A stretch of DNA of 64,000 nucleotides from IMG/VR virus record IMGVR_UViG_3300027810_000002, positions 1-64,000 of that record. One strand, 5' to 3'. This stretch comes from a virus. The translations under genes were made by a program, and so were the position numbers. Positions 61,460 to 64,000 of this stretch are shown in pieces; the first letter of the stretch is position 1, and the number at the start of each line of letters is the position of its first letter. The notes under the pieces are model-generated. The model was not told the DNA's origin. It searched no databases and saw only the letters and a program-made list of their open reading frames with translations.

Positions 61460-64000
61460 TTAGATTATTTTTAATATATTTTTATTTACTGTATTTTTGT
61501 TCCCGTTAGAATCCAATAGATCTAATGATATTGTATAATATCCCTTATCGCTAAATAGGTGAGTTAATATTGGATTACTATAATATATATCTTCGATATT
61601 TAATGTATTGTTAGTTAATTTCCATTGTTGACTAATTACCCCAGGCATATTAGTTAAATCGTAAGAAAATGTCAAATGATTTAAAAGATTTAATTCTGCC
61701 ATACTATTTATAATATAGGTATCGTCAAAACTAGGGTTATAACTTATAAAGTTTATTTGTCCTTTAATTCCTACAATATCTAATGGATCTAATGGTTCTT
61801 CATTTTCTTCTATGTTACTCATCCAAACAGATTTAAAATCGTATGTTCTTGTAGGTTCTTTACCAACTGCTAGTATGTATAATAATTGATCTTCAGTATT
61901 CGGGAAAGGTGTTGAATCTCCATCGACATCGAAGGGTAAGTTATCTTTTAATATTGGATTATAATTGAATTTAGAAAGTATTGGATGTTCGTTAGAATCT
62001 AAACTACTAAGTTCATCTACAATTAACTGCCATTGAGATGTCGCGTATGATGTCGGTGGAATTATATTTACTATTTCATAACTATCCCTTAATATTGCAC
62101 CAGTTACTGAATCTTCTTGTGTAATATTAATCCATTGATTACCAGGTAATGCCCATATTTGAAATGATGAATTAATATCTGATCCTACTCTTGTCATATC
62201 CCAAGTTACATTAGGACCGTCTGCCCATACATGTTTCTTAAGAGAAGCCCATTGGTATGGACCTGCCGTTTCATTAAATCCACTTGAACTACTAGAATCT
62301 AAAAATCTTCTAACAGTCGACGCTGGTATACCATATTCATCTTCATCGTAAATATAATTAGCTCGATCCATCGATAAATAATAAGTTCCTATTACATCCT
62401 GTACGGGTAGCATATTCTCTCTTGACCAACCCCAACTAGAACCAGCTGAATCCCATGAATGTTTATATCCTTTCCAATCTAATTTCTTTGTTGCTAACTG
62501 AGTTAATCCATAAACTTCAACGTTCTTGTTTTTAACTTCAACCGCGTCTTTTAATATTTTAGTACTCTTTACGTTATATAAATCATATAGGTTAGCTTCA
62601 ACCGTATACGATCCAACATACGGTAATGTCATCGGTAAATTAATATATTCTTCAATAGGTCCTCTGAAAGATCTTAGATAATTCTTTGGTCCTCTTAGTA
62701 CCCATTCAATTTCATAAACTCCGCGATGCCACCAGTTGTTCCAAGTTAATAAATGGTCTCCTGTGTCAGTAGCATCCATGAATGAAAATTCAGCAGCATC
62801 CCATTGATCTGATATTCCGTCAATTTGTAGGGTTATTGGAGCTCCGATTGGAATTCCATCAACCGTGTTGAATGTATCTAAATTACTGTTATAATATTCT
62901 GTATAAAAATCTGTAATAGATTCTGATATATTTAATTTATCTGCAGAAGGAATTGTATTAAAATCTTGACCAAATCCTGTAAGTCTATAATCGACTTTAC
63001 GTAAATCTTCAATAAATATGTTTCTTCCTTCTGGCTTTACAACTGGGTTAAATTCTATTCCAGCTGTTTGTGTTTTTATAGATTGCTGATTATTCCATAC
63101 GTTTTGATTAAATTGAGAAAAGTAATCACCTTCACCTGTTATATCTACTATCTTAGCTTGTAGTGGTAAGTAATCTTTTTGTAATTTCTTTTTTAATCCG
63201 TATAGTTTAATTAAAACCTCATCTGGAGAATAGTCAATAGTCTCTTTAACTGTTGGAATATCCCATTCATCCTGAAGACCTGTTGGTGTATTTAATCGAT
63301 ACACTAAACTAAACCTTGAAGTTTTCTTTTGATTTGAGTTTGGTAACTCTCCTCCTTTATTTTTGTCAGCTAAAAAACCAACGACATCTTGATTTGGAAC
63401 AGCAACTGCTTTTAGTTTTCCAAAGTTTTCAGATTGTTCGTTAACATTTAACCAATATTCTTTTAGTGTGATTTTATCGTATCCAAAGAAATCAATTGCA
63501 TTTAATAGAGCTTTATAAGTTCCAATAAATGGTTTGATTTGAGAAGCTTGTAAAAGCAACTCTTTACGTTTTTGGTTTAATATAATAAAATCAGGAGATT
63601 GTTCTTGTATGTTAGAGTCTTTAAATATAAAATAATCTAAGTCATCTAAGTTCATTCCCATGTTAGAAAGTAAAGTTCTTAATCTTTCATCCTCTCCTTC
63701 AACTTCACCGTATACTTTAATTTGTGCGATCTCTCTAGTTTCAACTCCATTAATCAATTCCGTTACGCTTAAAGTCCTAATATGAAAACCTTCAGTGTCA
63801 GAATTTAATGCAACCTGTGCAGTGATTGGAGTAGCTTTTAAATTATCTGTAACTACTTTAACACCGTTAGATGTTGATACTGAAGTAGTTGCTGGAAGTA
63901 GTTGACCTACCTGTGAATTATCTATCTGTATATATAATTCTCTAGCATCTTGTTTAGCGCTATATAAAAATACATCCTCACTTGTGTTATAATCATCTTT
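61460..64000 (-). CDS. Baseplate wedge-like protein with a C-terminal PKD-like domain (5' end outside the window)
   Basis: Frame stays open from 63757 to 64000 (hand translation); KPFIGTYKALLNAIDFFGY wedge-like motif; C-terminal THLFSDKGYYTISL. Confidence 0.6.
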   Translation of the reverse strand, partial: KDDYNTSEDVFLYSAKQDARELYIQIDNSQVGQLLPATTSVSTSNGVKVVTDNLKATPITAQVALNSDTEGFHIRTLSVTELINGVETREIAQIKVYGEVEGEDERLRTLLSNMGMNLDDLDYFIFKDSNIQEQSPDFIILNQKRKELLLQASQIKPFIGTYKALLNAIDFFGYDKITLKEYWLNVNEQSENFGKLKAVAVPNQDVVGFLADKNKGGELPNSNQKKTSRFSLVYRLNTPTGLQDEWDIPTVKETIDYSPDEVLIKLYGLKKKLQKDYLPLQAKIVDITGEGDYFSQFNQNVWNNQQSIKTQTAGIEFNPVVKPEGRNIFIEDLRKVDYRLTGFGQDFNTIPSADKLNISESITDFYTEYYNSNLDTFNTVDGIPIGAPITLQIDGISDQWDAAEFSFMDATDTGDHLLTWNNWWHRGVYEIEWVLRGPKNYLRSFRGPIEEYINLPMTLPYVGSYTVEANLYDLYNVKSTKILKDAVEVKNKNVEVYGLTQLATKKLDWKGYKHSWDSAGSSWGWSRENMLPVQDVIGTYYLSMDRANYIYDEDEYGIPASTVRRFLDSSSSSGFNETAGPYQWASLKKHVWADGPNVTWDMTRVGSDINSSFQIWALPGNQWINITQEDSVTGAILRDSYEIVNIIPPTSYATSQWQLIVDELSSLDSNEHPILSKFNYNPILKDNLPFDVDGDSTPFPNTEDQLLYILAVGKEPTRTYDFKSVWMSNIEENEEPLDPLDIVGIKGQINFISYNPSFDDTYIINSMAELNLLNHLTFSYDLTNMPGVISQQWKLTNNTLNIEDIYYSNPILTHLFSDKGYYTISLDLLDSNGNKNTVNKNILKII

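Noticed and set aside
1-64000. Alternative genetic code (stop-codon reassignment), as in some large phages
   Set aside because: Core genes are full length and densely packed under the standard code, and TAG and TGA both serve as real stops.
1-64000. tRNA or rRNA genes
   Set aside because: Intergenic gaps are short and I found no cloverleaf or T-loop consensus; the GTTCG near 14040 lies in a terminator loop.

Overview
A 64 kb segment of a large, AT-rich T4-like myovirus (large or jumbo phage). Every credible gene is on the minus strand. A-rich leaders without Shine-Dalgarno sites and TAnnTTT(A/G)-type promoters suggest a Bacteroidota (Flavobacteriia) host (inference). The window holds head and late-transcription genes (portal gp20, gp2, gp4, gp55, a gp33-like gene) and the T4 replication/recombination core (gp46/47, gp41, UvsX, gp45, UvsW, UvsY, gp61, gp32, a RuvC-like resolvase). 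It also holds a family B DNA polymerase split into two genes 4.8 kb apart, class Ia NrdAB, a DNA-modification/sugar cluster (dUTPase/dCTPase-like, a T4 beta-glucosyltransferase homologue, RmlB, a cytidylyltransferase) and a long tail/baseplate module. The most unusual part is 23.1-36.3 kb. About 12 consecutive genes carry a T4-type capsid-targeting peptide (MKHxxLFExF[VI]NE). Two of them (1008 and 746 aa) look like polyproteins made of unrelated ~80-aa cassettes joined by a repeated ESV[VI][NT]E[AG] putative prohead-protease site, itself encoded by a conserved 20-32 bp DNA repeat. This is a candidate shuffleable, virion-packaged effector system. Three promoter classes could be read from the sequence: a terminator-promoter early cassette, TWGAAAC-N17-TATAA, and the late motif GATATATA. 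All family assignments are from motif recognition; no database searches were run.
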